NCBI GenBank assembly: GCA_026023565.1
Contig: JAPETS010000010.1
Coordinates: 744,001 to 808,000, forward strand
Direction: 5' to 3'
DNA: 64,000 nucleotides
Origin: Cirrosporium novae-zelandiae
Lineage: Eukaryota
The first letter of the stretch is position 1; the number at the start of each line of letters is the position of its first letter. The notes beneath the pieces are model-generated. The model was not told the origin of the DNA. It was given only the letters and a program-made list of their open reading frames with translations, and ran no database searches. Positions 25,253-38,287 of the stretch are shown in pieces. The position numbers and the translations under genes were made by a program.

Positions 25253-26716
25253 TGAATAATTGCTTGGTGGTGAAATGTAAGCGCTATGGCCAGCTTGCCA
25301 GTGATAATGTCGATTTCAGGGAAAAACAAAGTTAAACTTTATTTTCGATTCTTTCCCGAGACAAAAACCCAGTAAGTCCCCGGGATTCAACGGATGGGTT
25401 ATCTGTGAGATATGGTGGCCATAGACTACTTGTAGTAGGTGTGTGGGCCTTGACTGTTCCAGTTAAGAGTTTAAAAAAAATGCAACATGAAGACTTTCTG
25501 GAGTTTCTGGAAGCTAGCCACCTAAGTACCTAGGTAGACAATACACAAGCGCTTGGACCAGATGGTAAGGGTGGTGTACAGCACTGGAGAATATTTCCAC
25601 ACAGTCATGGTGGAGAATTGTAGGATAAGGTGATGATGACCCATGTAATGTACTATCCGAGTAAAGGTAGAGAATTAATCAAAAAAATTGCCTCTCAAAT
25701 GGAAAGGTGTGTATTGAAATAGGTGCTCCAATACTTGAAATATATTTGGTATTGAATGCTGACTGGCTGACAGGCGAACCTGACTGACTTGCAATGTGGA
25801 GTCATGAGGCCCTTGGACCATCACGTGCAAAGCTAAACCAAGGGGGAAACAATCAACTGGTAACTCAATGAGGATGGAATGAGGAAAAGTCAGTAAACCT
25901 GTACGTACCTGTCTGTATCCAAGTGTATATTTAGTAATTCTGGTATAGATACCGCCAGCCTTACAACAGAGAAATCCCATAGAAAAAGGTTATAATCTCT
26001 TTCAAAGATGGTGGATGGGTCAGAGAAGGAGAGAGCCAAGCGAGATGGCCCCCCCCCCCCAGAGGGGACTAGGAGTGAGAGAAAAAGCCTTTCAAGTCTT
26101 TTTTTCCCGCTGGCCGTTCAATTCCTTTCATTTGCAGTAGTCCTGACAAGCATTCAGCATCAACAAGAAGCAACATTCAGGCACGGAACAAATAAGACGT
26201 GGACACAAGCATCACTCAGGACGTCAAATTAACCGGCAAGAGGGTCAGCCCACTCTTTTTTCGCATCTTGATCGGATCAGGTCTTGAAAGAAACTGGAAG
26301 CGATAACGAAATAGCGCCCATTCTCGGCATTGGATGGGCAAGGCTCGACTGCATCCTTTGGACCTTTCAAACAAGAACTACCCGTTCGATTCTTCGTGTG
26401 GCCCTTGGTATGTGTAATTTTTAATGTCGTTTCTTTTGAATTTCTGATTCGGATTTCCTAAATTCCTTTCCCCTTCCCCTAAATCATCCCGGTCCCTTTC
26501 TTTGCCGTCATCATCATCCTAAATTCGCTTCGCGCGTCGCGCTCTATGACGGTTGAACCACTGCTACCAGTCATCCCAATAACAACAACATGTTGATGCC
26601 TTTTAACTTTTTAGACAATGGCTAATCAACTCACTGCCTGTAGGGCTGGATAATGCTATCAATATTGATGCAATGATCAATTGATATATGCCCTCGTCAA
26701 TGCTCTCTTCCGAAAT

Positions 26717-29188
26717 ATGCCATCACCCAACTCAATCTCTTTGCAGCCTTCTGGCTTGCCTCAATCTATAATCGCAAACGGCGTACCAAGTGTAGGACAA
26801 GTCGGAGGCCTCCCTCAAGAACCATCCCCCCTTTTAACGACCCAAGAGAATAAGTCGGAAGGGGATGGCAGGACCAACTCACTTAACAAGGCAAAGGAAA
26901 ATGCGAAGGCTGTTTTAGCAGCTTCCGTATCTAAACCAGGTCCTGCTTTAAATGAGCAGTCATCAACAGGTCCAGTCCAACAGCCTCAGGCTACTACTAA
27001 TAATTCCGCTGGCAGTAGTAGTAGCAGTAATGACAGTGGAACTGGACACGGTCGAAAACGATCGCGGTCTGGGACGCGACTGTCTCATCCTTCTACAGAC
27101 CTACCCCATCGGAAGCGCGAGACCCCTGTCGATCAAATATACCTCGAACAATATGTTCATCGCCAACTTCTATACTCGGCGGGTATGACGGAGCAGAACT
27201 GGAAAATGGATGAGCTTCGCCGTTCCAAGGACAATGAGCTAGCGTTTTATAAGAGTTTAATGCCGAGAAGACAAGCTGATCCTGCGAGTATATTTGGGCC
27301 TGGTTATAGCGGATTTGGGAATGGTGTCACGGACATGGGAAATCGTGGTTCGCGACTGTTGTATCCTCTCGACCGGCGAAGAGCTGGAGGACGGCGAGCC
27401 AAAGAACTCCGAATACCCAAAAAGGATATTTTTGCCCAGGCAGAACAATTAGAAGAGTTGGTTCCAGTCAGACTTGAGATTGAATGGGAAAAGATCAAGC
27501 TACGGGATACATTCACATGGAATCTCCATGATCGTGTGACACCAATGGATCTTTTCGCAGAACAATTGATTGAAGATTTCCAAGTGCCATCAGAAGCAGT
27601 GGCACCTTTGGCGCAACAGGTTCGGCAGAATCTCTCGGAACAGATACAAGAGTACTATCCTCAGATATTCATTGATGAAGGTGTTCTGGTCGAACCATAC
27701 TTTGCCTATAAAAATGACGAAATGCGAATTCTCATCAAGCTCAATGTTACCATTGGGCAGCACACCCTGGTGGATCAATTTGAATGGGAACTCAATAATC
27801 CATTGAATTCGCCAGAAGAATTCGCAGCTCAAACAGCTCGGGATCTTGGGCTATCGGGTGAATTCACTACGGCTATTGCGCATTCAATTCGCGAGCAATG
27901 CCAAGCATTCACAAAAAGTTTATATATTACGGGCCATCCTTTCGATGGTCGGCCGGTGGAGGATCCGGATCTCAAGGAGGCATTCCTCCCATCACCTATT
28001 CCATCTCCTTTCAGACCATATCAATCTCATAAGGATTTCCGACCTTTCCTATATGAACTTAATGAAGCAGACCTCGAACGCACAGAACTCTCTTTCTCGA
28101 GAGACCAACGACGACAAAAGCGTTCTGTCAATCGACGAGGTGGTCCGGCCTTGCCCGACCTCAAAGATCGACAAAAGGTCATTCGGAGTTTGATTGTCTC
28201 GTCGGTTCTTCCTGGTGCAGCGTCAAATCTGGAAGAGTCTCGGATTTTCAAATATTCTGCATCCACGGGTCGTAGTAAACGCGCCACTACTGGTCAGAAC
28301 CATGACGGAGATGATTCGGAAGAGGAGTCAGACAGCGACGAGTCGACGCCCAACTCACCATCAGTTTCTCATATTTCTCAGGGCACCGCCAGAACCAGAG
28401 GAATGAGGGGTGCGGCCTCAGCGGCTCAAGCTGCCTTGAGAGCTAATTTTGGACATTCTGCCACCCCTGAACCATCATCACTGCATCATCACGAAATTCG
28501 GGCAACTCGCAGAGGTCGGGATTATAGAGAAGAGAGTTTTGTTGAAGAGATCCCTTCGCTAGTTGTGAAGCTCAAGATCAACAAAGAGAAATACAAGCAA
28601 TGGTGGCGAGATTACAAAACTCGTCCAAAGCTCGCTCAATCCTATCCTTCAACTTCGTACCCCCCTTCGCAAAGGTCCCTCAGTGCAACCCCTCAGCAAG
28701 GGACCCCGGCACCTGGATCAATGCCTCCACCCCCTACAACACCTGCAATGCAAAATCAGCCAAATCCTCTTCCTAACAGTGGAGGTGACAGGCAACCTTC
28801 AACACCCAGTGGACCTATTCCCAACCCAACACTTGGTGCTATAGATGCTCCATTTCCTCCTCCACCTAATGCACCACCAATACCCTCTTGGCTAGCAACT
28901 AGTATAAATGATCTTCGTATTAAATATCCAGATGACGCATTTGAAGGTACTATGCGGTATACAGCAGTGGACCTGACGACGGGCCAGCCAATCGCCAATG
29001 CTGCGACCCTTCCAGGTCAAGCACCTCCAAACGCAAAGCATCAATTCCTTCCTCGTATTAGGTGTCGAGATTGTCCGGGTAAACTCTACAATCCTGGCCC
29101 GGAGTATGGACTTGATAATTTTGAAGTCCACTTGAAAAATCGGCATCATAGGGAGAGGGTAACTCAGAGGCTAAGAGGTTTTCATTAA
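26717..29188 (+). CDS. SNF5: SWI/SNF complex subunit Snf5
   Basis: SNF5 repeats LVPVRLEIE..KLRDTFTWN and DQFEWELNNPLNSPEEFA..GEFTTAIAHSIREQ; C-terminal CRDCPGKLY..HLKNRHH zinc motif; probable 5'UTR intron 26408-26644. Confidence 0.93.
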   Translation: MPSPNSISLQPSGLPQSIIANGVPSVGQVGGLPQEPSPLLTTQENKSEGDGRTNSLNKAKENAKAVLAASVSKPGPALNEQSSTGPVQQPQATTNNSAGSSSSSNDSGTGHGRKRSRSGTRLSHPSTDLPHRKRETPVDQIYLEQYVHRQLLYSAGMTEQNWKMDELRRSKDNELAFYKSLMPRRQADPASIFGPGYSGFGNGVTDMGNRGSRLLYPLDRRRAGGRRAKELRIPKKDIFAQAEQLEELVPVRLEIEWEKIKLRDTFTWNLHDRVTPMDLFAEQLIEDFQVPSEAVAPLAQQVRQNLSEQIQEYYPQIFIDEGVLVEPYFAYKNDEMRILIKLNVTIGQHTLVDQFEWELNNPLNSPEEFAAQTARDLGLSGEFTTAIAHSIREQCQAFTKSLYITGHPFDGRPVEDPDLKEAFLPSPIPSPFRPYQSHKDFRPFLYELNEADLERTELSFSRDQRRQKRSVNRRGGPALPDLKDRQKVIRSLIVSSVLPGAASNLEESRIFKYSASTGRSKRATTGQNHDGDDSEEESDSDESTPNSPSVSHISQGTARTRGMRGAASAAQAALRANFGHSATPEPSSLHHHEIRATRRGRDYREESFVEEIPSLVVKLKINKEKYKQWWRDYKTRPKLAQSYPSTSYPPSQRSLSATPQQGTPAPGSMPPPPTTPAMQNQPNPLPNSGGDRQPSTPSGPIPNPTLGAIDAPFPPPPNAPPIPSWLATSINDLRIKYPDDAFEGTMRYTAVDLTTGQPIANAATLPGQAPPNAKHQFLPRIRCRDCPGKLYNPGPEYGLDNFEVHLKNRHHRERVTQRLRGFH

Positions 29189-30592
29189 AAGGATTTTAGG
29201 ATAAGGAGTTTGGAGGCAGTTTTTAAGAGATATCATATTGCGGGAGTCAGGGGTGTCTTGCATATCTTTAATGTGATGGTAAACAAAGGTGTATGTGAAT
29301 TGAATGTCGAATGGGTGATGGGTCCATGGACAAGAGAGTTTTATAAGGTCTTTTGTGGTGAAGAGTTTTAGGCAAAACATAAGAATTGAAAGCACTGCTT
29401 ACTATCTTTGAAAGCAGTGATGAGTTTTATCCAAATCAATTAACGCGTAGCTTTGTCGTGATTTTTTATAAGTCCTGTATATCTAGGCTCTGAGAACACG
29501 TCTTTCATCCGTCATCTCAATCAATACCTCATCTAACCCTCACTCTTTCCTTAAACCATCTCTATCCCCCCTTCCAGCACCCCTTCAAGCCAACCAACCA
29601 ACGAAAACATCATTTCAATTCCAATTCCAATTCCAATTCCAACCTCAAAAAAAAACGGAATCCTTTTCCCCTATCTATCCTTATTTCAGAAAAATCCGTC
29701 CTCCTCCCCTTTTCGATAACAAATACACCAATCCTCTAACTAACTAACCTACATCAAACGCGTCTGTCAGGTCCGTCGGGTTTATTCATTTTCATTTTCA
29801 TTTTTATTGTTATTTTCATTTCCGAGTTCAAGTTCAATGGTTATGAATATGGGAATATGTGAAGACTAGATTTAATGAAGTTGGTGATGGGATGGCATAG
29901 CATGGCATGAGATAGGATGAGGACTTGGGAGAGATGGAAGGGAGAAAGAGGAGGTAGGTAATGATGATGTATGTTGGGATTTAGTGTTGAGATTGTATAT
30001 ACCTGTCTGTAGTCCTAATGAAGAGGGGCAAGATGAGGATATGGTAGTGGTAGCGTTCATTAGTTGTATCCTGTCCTCTGGGTTCACCTCATCCTCCCAG
30101 CTCCTTCCAACAACTCCCACAAGACCAGATCCAGTGAATGGCAACCCAACAACTCCCAGCAACTCCATCCCACGCCCGAAAGGAAAGGAAAGGAAAGGAA
30201 AAGAAAGGAAATGCGCGACTCCTGGCTTCGAAGATGGTGATGCTAAGAAAGGGGAGAAGGGGAAGTAGAAATTCTGCTGTCGCTATCATCACCACCACTA
30301 CCACCGCCTCCACACTAGCTTCTACTTCTACATCTGCTTCTACTCCTTACTCCCATCATCACATCTCTTTCAAAACCCAAAAGAAACCTCTCCGTCCCCT
30401 CTTACCCCTCAAAAGCGCTAGTAGGAAGAGGAAAGAGAAAGAATGAGATGGAGATTGGAGATGGGGAGATGGGATGGGGGTTGAGCATATATATATATGT
30501 GTGTGTTTTTTTCTTTTCGTGGTTTTTTTTGGTTTTAGTTTTTTTTTTGGTGTGGGAGGGGTGGAGGAAATGGGGAGGTGGAGGGCTAGAGA

Positions 30593-30646
<54 letters not shown>
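30593..30646. repeat. (GTTGCT)n microsatellite
   Basis: About 9 hexamer units are visible. Confidence 0.95.
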
Positions 30647-30825
30647 GGGTGTGGCTACGACTGTGGGGTTTGTCTGCTGCTGAAGTGGATGCTGAGGCGG
30701 AGATAAATTAACTGCTACTAAAGAGGACATGCAGGAATGAATTTCTCTTTTTTTCTTTTTACTTTTTAGATATAATACCCAACCAACCAACCAATTCCCC
30801 ATCCCCAAAAACCAATTAACCAAGC

Positions 30826-30866
30826 CATATCCATATCCATATCCATATCCATATCCATATCCATAT
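30826..30866. repeat. (CCATAT)n microsatellite
   Basis: About 7 hexamer units are visible. Confidence 0.95.
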
Positions 30867-31201
30867 ATTTTCCATCTAGCTTCTAGCTTTCATTCAATAT
30901 CATCGCGCCCCCCCTATATGGCCCTTATTCCTATTAGACTTAATTACCGATCGAGACGAGAGTGAGGCTTGCGTGTTTTGTCTGTGCGTTTGGGATTTTA
31001 TTCAAGAGAGAGAGAGTGGAAATTTGGGATTTGAGATTTGGGATGGGGTTGGGGGTGCCGGTTGGGGGTTACCGGGTTTTGTAAAGTGGTTATGTTATAA
31101 TGTGATGGGATTGCAGAGTTTTTTTTTCTTTCCTGAGGAGCGAAAGGGATAATAATGATGATAATGTTTAATTTGATTCAAGCTAATTACCTACGCTATA
31201 C

Positions 31202-32958
31202 TCACGACGTAAAAAACACAACCAAAAACCCAACCCACGACCCCACAACCCCAACTGCACTGTACGAAGAAATAAACATCAGCGGCAAAAACTCATACCT
31301 CCCACCCCAAATCCCATGATGCAGCAACGAGCAATAAAAAATCAACGGGATCGAAATCCCAATATACAGCATGCCCCCCCTATCCAACAAAAAAACCCTC
31401 CTCCTCTGACCCACCTCCGCGAGACGGTCGAAAGCCAACAAGAAGCAAAGAAGCCAGAAGAGAACGTAGCCGACTTTTAGGGGCCAGACTTCGGGAGTGA
31501 AGAGGAGAGGGAATAGGGAGACGTGGCCCGCGACGGCGAGGGGGCGGAAGGAGGCCAGGTAGCGCCGGTCGTGCAGGGCGAGGAGGGAGAAGGGGAGGAG
31601 GATTAGGAGGATGGCTTTTTCATGGACGTGCCAGCCGAAGAGGAAGGAGGAGAAGGCGCAGAGGGTTAGGGTTGAGAGGAAGGTGTGTGGGGTCGGGTGG
31701 ATGAAGAGTTTTAAGAGGGGGAGCTGTGGGTGAATTAGTTGGAGGTTGATTTTTTTGATAGAGGCCACCCCCTAGGGGGGAGGGGGTGGATAGGGAGGCT
31801 TACTAATTGGAAGATTATGGTGAGGATGAATGTCGTTTTGGGGGTTATTTCGGGGAGGATGGCAAAGGAGGTGTCGCCGACAAAGCCGCGGGTGAGACTG
31901 TGGATTGCTGATTGGTCGATTTTGGGGGTTAGTCCTAGGCGGGGGAGGACTATCAATTGTTAATCTGTCAATTCTAGGGAGTATAATCTAGGGAGAAGAA
32001 ATACCAAAAAGTAGAACTCGATCGGTGTAAGAATACATGGCCCACACATTTGGTGCCCAGTATGCATGACACAAACCTCTCGAAAATGGGAAGAGTCTAC
32101 TTCTAAGCTGATCTAGCTGTCCCCAAACAGCAAACGGCCCGAAAGCCGTCGCGAAGATGGCTACTATCCCGGTTCCGAGTTTTATCGAATTGAACCAGCG
32201 TATTCGGAAGATGGACCTGGGGCTAAGACAGTATGCTCGGAGGAGGTAGACAAAATATGCCGGGGCGAGATAGAGATAGATGTGTTTGAAACAGAGGAGG
32301 ACTGCGAAAAGAAGTCCGCCTTGAAGAAGTGTGGACTGTTTCTGGGAGAGAACAATGGATAGTATGAGGAGGCCATACATGAAACCATTGTATTGGAAAT
32401 GAAGATGGTCGACGATAAGAAGGCCCGGGGAAAGTAAAATCGAAAGAGCTGCAGCGTTGGCGGATTTTCTTGAGCTCAACGTGGATTGCTTGACATATCT
32501 GAAAGAGTCAGTTATGCTGACATTTTATCTTTTACTTTCAACCAGATTTCCATACAATTGCAGCGCATACACCAGCACCAACTCGGTCAATATAACCGTA
32601 GCTCTTTGAAAATACACCGTTTGCCAACTATCATAGTTCAAATTTTTTACTTCTAGCATCGCCGGGTCGACGTAACGCGCAGCCTGTGAGAGAAGCCATT
32701 CGAAGCAGGCAAAGAATGGAGGATAGTCGAGAGTCCATTCTGATGTTTTTTCATAGTACCATTCTTTTATGGGCAACGAGTGGGTGATGGCAAGCCAATT
32801 GCGATGGACTTCGAAATCAGTGGAATGACTGTGGACACAAATATATCAGTAATGTTGATATCATCGGGGGAATTTACTTACTATGCAGGAAAAAGAAGAA
32901 TCTTAAAGGCTGCAGCAACTATGGCGCATTGCCCAATTGAAGGGTATAGGTCTGTCAT
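31202..32958 (-). CDS. ALG8: Dolichyl-P-Glc alpha-1,3-glucosyltransferase Alg8
   Basis: [68 protein letters not shown]; 5 exons, ATG at 32958. Confidence 0.95.
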
Positions 32959-33469
32959 GTTGAAGACATTTGAAGGATTGAGTTGTCCTCGTAGTTATAT
33001 GAAGCTACACTGATAGTGGAATGACACCATGAAGAAACCAGGTTGTTAAGACAGATGACTGCAGAAAATAATATTTCCAACTATTCTTCTACTTATATAT
33101 TTATTTTACTTTTACAATTATTATCTATTCCAACTGGATATTCAAAATGAGTTCTGGGATTTGTAGATATTTATGTATAGGATTACAGCTGCAGGTACCC
33201 GTAATTACAAAGTTGGGTAAATTACATAGGCTCGCTTATTCATATATTACATAAATATTCTGCATAAATGAATACACTCCATGAGAATTCTCACTTCCCA
33301 TTTACTACTACCTAATGCATCTGCCAGTTGCATTGTCGCAGATGATCTGGAACAACTAAGCTACAGGTGTCCTACCTCCGGCAGAGGAACAATAACTTTG
33401 ATGATGTTTGAAAGGGTTTGTCTTTTAAACAATGGGCAGCATAAGGATTTTGCAATACTCTTCGAAAAT

Positions 33470-34215
33470 ACTATTGGCACCCTTGCCATTCTACCCACCG
33501 AACTCTGGGACGAAATTCTCCTTGAATGAATCTTTAGAGTCTGGCATGCTTAAGACCTACCAATAAATATACCCGACAGTTGGTCGATAATCTTATAGAA
33601 TACAAAATAACAATTATACACATACCAAATGTTTTATATGTAAGTTTGATTGTTAGTGTTGCTTCACCAACCTCATGCAGGACTCTCTACAAACATCTCC
33701 GTGCCTGGGCATGTGCTAGGTGTTGCGATTTTGATATTTATACTTCCTAATATGCGATTGTATTTGTGCCTCATGCGACATGTATTCTGATTGATTTCAA
33801 CCGATCAGTATAATTTATGCAGCAGAAATCTTTGGAGTGCACTAAGAAGCACTGTCTAGCCTTCTTAAGATGTTATGCTTATTAGATAGTAACCCTTAGA
33901 GAATTATGCTTGTTAACAAATAGACTACCCACAACGCGAGTACGACTCTTCATAAAACAATCTCAGAAGTAGAAAAATATGTGGCCAAGCAACCCAGCAG
34001 CCAGACCAAAACATTGAAGAAGCTATTCCAGTGGTGGGATCATACTGCAGCAATTTCCAAGCAAGTCGGGGGCTCTCCTTTTGAATACGAAAAATTTCTA
34101 TATAACGAAAATAACGATGAATAGCCATCCTTCTACCTCAATAATTCGGGTGCCCTAGCTTGATACTACCAATGGAGCACTTGAATAGGACATGTTTTGC
34201 AATGCATAATCATCA
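33470..34215 (+). pseudogene. Decayed fungal F-box/Cys-rich protein gene
   Basis: IGTLAILPTELWDEILLE, then a frameshift into NL*SLACLRPTNKYTRQLVDNLIEYKITIIHIPNVL...CRTLYKHL...CARCCDF..LYFLICDCICASC, and later IIRVP*LDTTNGALE*DMFCNA*. Boundaries are approximate. Confidence 0.7.
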
Positions 34216-35052
34216 CATAACCCAGAGAAACCTAACGCCTTTGACCGCATGTCTAATCCCTCTTGGACGTCGTCATATGCCCAGAACCCACATGCCTAGG
34301 ATCCTTCGGATTTCTCAAAGCTGTCGACAAACATTTGATATGGTCCCAAGGGGAGCTCGGTATTTGGTTAAACTCTTTATGCCTCTTACAGTTATGGGCA
34401 TATTAGCGGAAATATTGCGGCGAATATAGCTTTTGGTAACCTCCTTGCTGCTATCAAGGCAATGAAAGCTTGAACTTGAAAGGCGTCAATCGAAATATAT
34501 GGATTACTTCCCAGTAGTTAGAAATAGTACTTAATATTTTCCCTCCAACACTTTCCATGTGATTGGAATCAATTACGTCGGAGATTTAGCAAATGAAATT
34601 CCGATGTGGCCCCTCTTATCCGCCACTAAAGCAAGCTTAATTAATTTCATGGCACGAGCTTCCATCAGGGGTGTTCAACAAACGATATCTGTCATTTCAT
34701 GTTCCTCAGCCCCAGATGGAAGATGGGATAAGACATTCCGTTTCCGTTGTTTTCTCCCCACTAAATATCCACCATTCTGTTGACCTGCCTCCTGCTGCCC
34801 TATCCGTGGTCAAAGAAGTTCGCTTCTGTGTCATTGCTATTGTCTTGGGGTTCACTTCCGTCAGCATTGTGAAAAGTGTCCTCAGCTATCGCAAATCAAT
34901 CTTGGAGCTGCAAAATCGACCCTCTCGTTGATCGGGAATTGGTACCTTCACTTCTTTGATACCCTAAACTCTATACATCTTTTCAGGGAATTTCTATTCC
35001 TTTGGGAACATCGAGCTAGCAAGCAGATTCTCACAGCCGCCGGATATTCAAG

Positions 35053-36627
35053 ATGATATTCCGACAATACCCCCTCATAGCTCTATCGCTTCTTTCATCT
35101 TTTTCTTCGGCTCAATACATTATTGAGAGCTCAAGTTTTGGACATGGGTCGAAGTAAGCCTTCAGATTGCAATTGACCGCAAAATATTTTGAAACTGCCC
35201 CGCTGATTATACCTTAGAATTTCACCCAATGGGTTCGCCGTTCCAGGTTGGCATGTTTCTGGAGAGGGGCAGGTTCCACAAATTGTACGACTATCCATTC
35301 TTTCCATTACGATAGCAATTCTGAATTCTGATGTACTGTTAGATGTCAGACAAGGTCATATTGACACCACCTTATCCTGGAAATCGAAGAGGAGCTATTT
35401 GGGCCGACACACCGTAAGACACTCGACATAAACTGGGAATGGAAAAAATAACGTGGTGGACAGAGTTTCACAAGATGAATGGACTGCCAACTTCGAATTC
35501 CGTGCAACTGGACCCGAACGAGGAAGCGGTAATCTGCAAATTTGGTATACAAGCCAGGGCCAAGCATACATTGGCTCAAATAGCATATACACCATTGGCA
35601 AATTTGATGGGCTAGTTCTCGTCATTGACCAACATGGCGGACGGGTATTATAACCTCAAAGAGACAAAGAAATGGACTAACATTCCTAGGGTGGTGCCAT
35701 CCGTGGATTCCTTAATGATGGAAATGTTGAATTCAAAACTCATCACAGTGTCGATTCATTAGCTTTCGGGCACTGCGATTACTCTTATCGAAACCTTGGA
35801 CGTCCGTCTAGCATTCAAATTAAATATGACCGGGATTACTTCGAAGTTATTATGGATGGAAATCAATGCTTCAAGAGTTCTAACGTTGGTGCCTCGATGG
35901 ACCTTGATAGGATATTGCTAAATCGGTTTACAGATCATGCTCCCAAACAATTACTACTTTGGCGTATCTGCGGCATCAGCTGAAACCCCCGATTCCTTTG
36001 AAGTCTACAAGTTTCTCCTTCAATCCACAGGCTCAAATACTCAACAATTTTCCCAACCGATTGTCAACGTCAACGACCAACAACAAGAAGCTGAAAAGTC
36101 CGAGGATGAAACACCTGCTGAGTCTATCAAGGGGCAAGACCAACAATTTGCCGACCTTCACAACCGCCTACGCTCCATGAGCAGTTCCATAAGTGCTCTA
36201 ACACGTGAAGTCGCACTTCTCTCCAGTAAAGCCGAACGACGGCATCAAGAACTCTTGGGCCGTATGAGCCAGGCTGAGGAATTTAATTCTTTGGATAGGA
36301 AGTTACAGTCGATTGAACAGTCAATCATTGACTTGAAAAAAGATGTCGGTAACAAGGACTACCGGTCTGAATTGAGCAAGATTCAAGATGCTTTGAAGGA
36401 TACACATGCCAACCTGTTAGAAAGATTACCAAGCTCCCTTGGTGAAGGTCAGCTACTACTTTCGTTTCGGTGAGAACTTGAATAGCTAACATCAAGCAGT
36501 GGTCATCAGCTCCTCCCCGCGCATGGGCTTGGTTCTTGGTATCCTGGTTTGCGTACAGCTTGCCCTCGCGGCTTCTTATGTCGTTTACAAGCGACGACGT
36601 GCGAATGCTCCGAAGAAATACTTGTGA
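35053..36627 (+). CDS. EMP47: L-type (legume-like) lectin cargo receptor, Emp47/ERGIC-53-like
   Basis: Signal peptide MIFRQYPLIALSLLSSFSSA; ILTPPYPGNRRGAIW, FDGLVLVID, IRGFLNDG, YFGVSAASAETPDSFE; coiled coil, TM, and tail KRRRANAPKKYL* (dilysine motif); multiple introns. Confidence 0.85.
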
Positions 36628-38287
36628 AATATGGCAATTAGATATGATGAGTGTACCATAGCGTTATATAATTAGTGCAGATGCAAATACCGTTGGATCG
36701 CAAACTGGAAGATATTGTTGGCACGAGGTGATTCCGGCAGAATCAGTATGACGTAGATGGATGTGAATACATTGATAGATAGATACAGAAAATATACATG
36801 CTCATATAATGTTTCTCAAGAGGTTTCTCATCCGATTATCATGCATATAAGCTCTAGGTAATTTTTCGGCGCCTGGATATGATTTGAACGTAGTTTCGTG
36901 GGTGGATGGGAGTCTAAGACGGAGAAAAAGGATCGGAATGTCGGGATCGGAAGGCGGTAAGGAATACTTCGATTGGATGTTCCATCGCTAAGCTAAGTTT
37001 AGCCGCATCCGCCGTTATAAAGTTAAAGCTAACCACCAATGGTATGGTTACCCGCAGATCGCCCTCGTCATTAAGGTTGCGTTGCTGTCTAGGACTTAAG
37101 CCTCGCAAAGTTGCAGCTTTTACCCACGCTTTTTTATCTCAAAAGCACCAGTCAGCTTCTTGAAGACAACATGTCACCAATCGATGATATATCAGTTAGG
37201 TATAATTTGCCAGCTCTTTGCATATCTTTCCTATAATTATTGGTTGAATTTGATAAAGATATCGAGATATCTAAAGATGATATCTTTTTTAAATGTAAAC
37301 AACCGCCTGCTTGGTTGACTCGGCCCCCTTTGCGCCTTGGAATTAACGCCTGGACGAAGCAATCCAAATATCAATGGAAAGCGCAACATTCCAAAAAAAC
37401 CTTTAGCATCCTGTTGTGAGAAGCACGGAGACCTGGCGAATATCTTGTGCCCGCTTCTGGCGCAAAGCTATATAGATTTGGATTTCACTCGCAGCTAGCG
37501 CAGTCATAGTTAGGTTCTAATTGTTTATCCGTGCACGATTACTTTCACTGTTGAATCTAGGAATACTAGTGGGTGGAAAACCAAGACCCTGGATTTGGCA
37601 TTAATGATAATGTCCTGAAGTCGGGCGACCGTTGAGGCCAGTGGTGGAAGAGACAGGCCCTTTGTGCTGGAGTGATGGGAGGGGAAGGCCAAAAGGGATA
37701 GCTAAAGTACCCCTCAAGCGAGTTATTCAGGTAGTGTAGTCAATGTAGAGAATTTGATGATGGGAATGACGGGGATAATTGTATAAAACTTTGCACTTGT
37801 ACTAAGAGAGTGGTGGTGGAAGATAGAGCCTAACCGAATTAGGACCCATGCTCTACTGTTCTACTGTTCTACCTTTCTTCGCCAGCCTACCCTCAACTTC
37901 TTTCTTTCTTCAACCACGCGTCCACTTCTCAACAATTCATCATCAGGCGACCACCACTCTTGAAGACTTCCCTTGTCACCTCTGTTGTCTTCTCTAGCTC
38001 TCTCTGAACGCGTCAAAGCCCCAATCTGAAAATTTCCAGATCTGGAAAACGCCCGCGGGTGAAGTGTGGGGATCCTAAGTTTTTGACAACCACCTCCGTA
38101 CTTTACAACTCATCCTCCGGACGGACCAGCCATTCTGTAGATCTGCCAACTTACTCAAGTCCAGTCTCGCATATCAACAACTCCCCAACATCTCAATATC
38201 AAACATTCAATTTCTTAAACCCACCAGGATATATAGCAGCCCAACCTTCTTTGCGGCTACGGCCGACACCCCACTCTAGACCTCACC

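Noticed and set aside
29872..30823. ORFs with poly-AT/VA/LL runs
   Set aside because: Translations of (GTTGCT)n and other microsatellites.
36700..37900. 1.2-kb spacer before ITC1 as a possible ncRNA or small gene
   Set aside because: No recognisable tRNA, snRNA or snoRNA motifs and no coherent spliced ORF; an Infernal/Rfam search would be needed.
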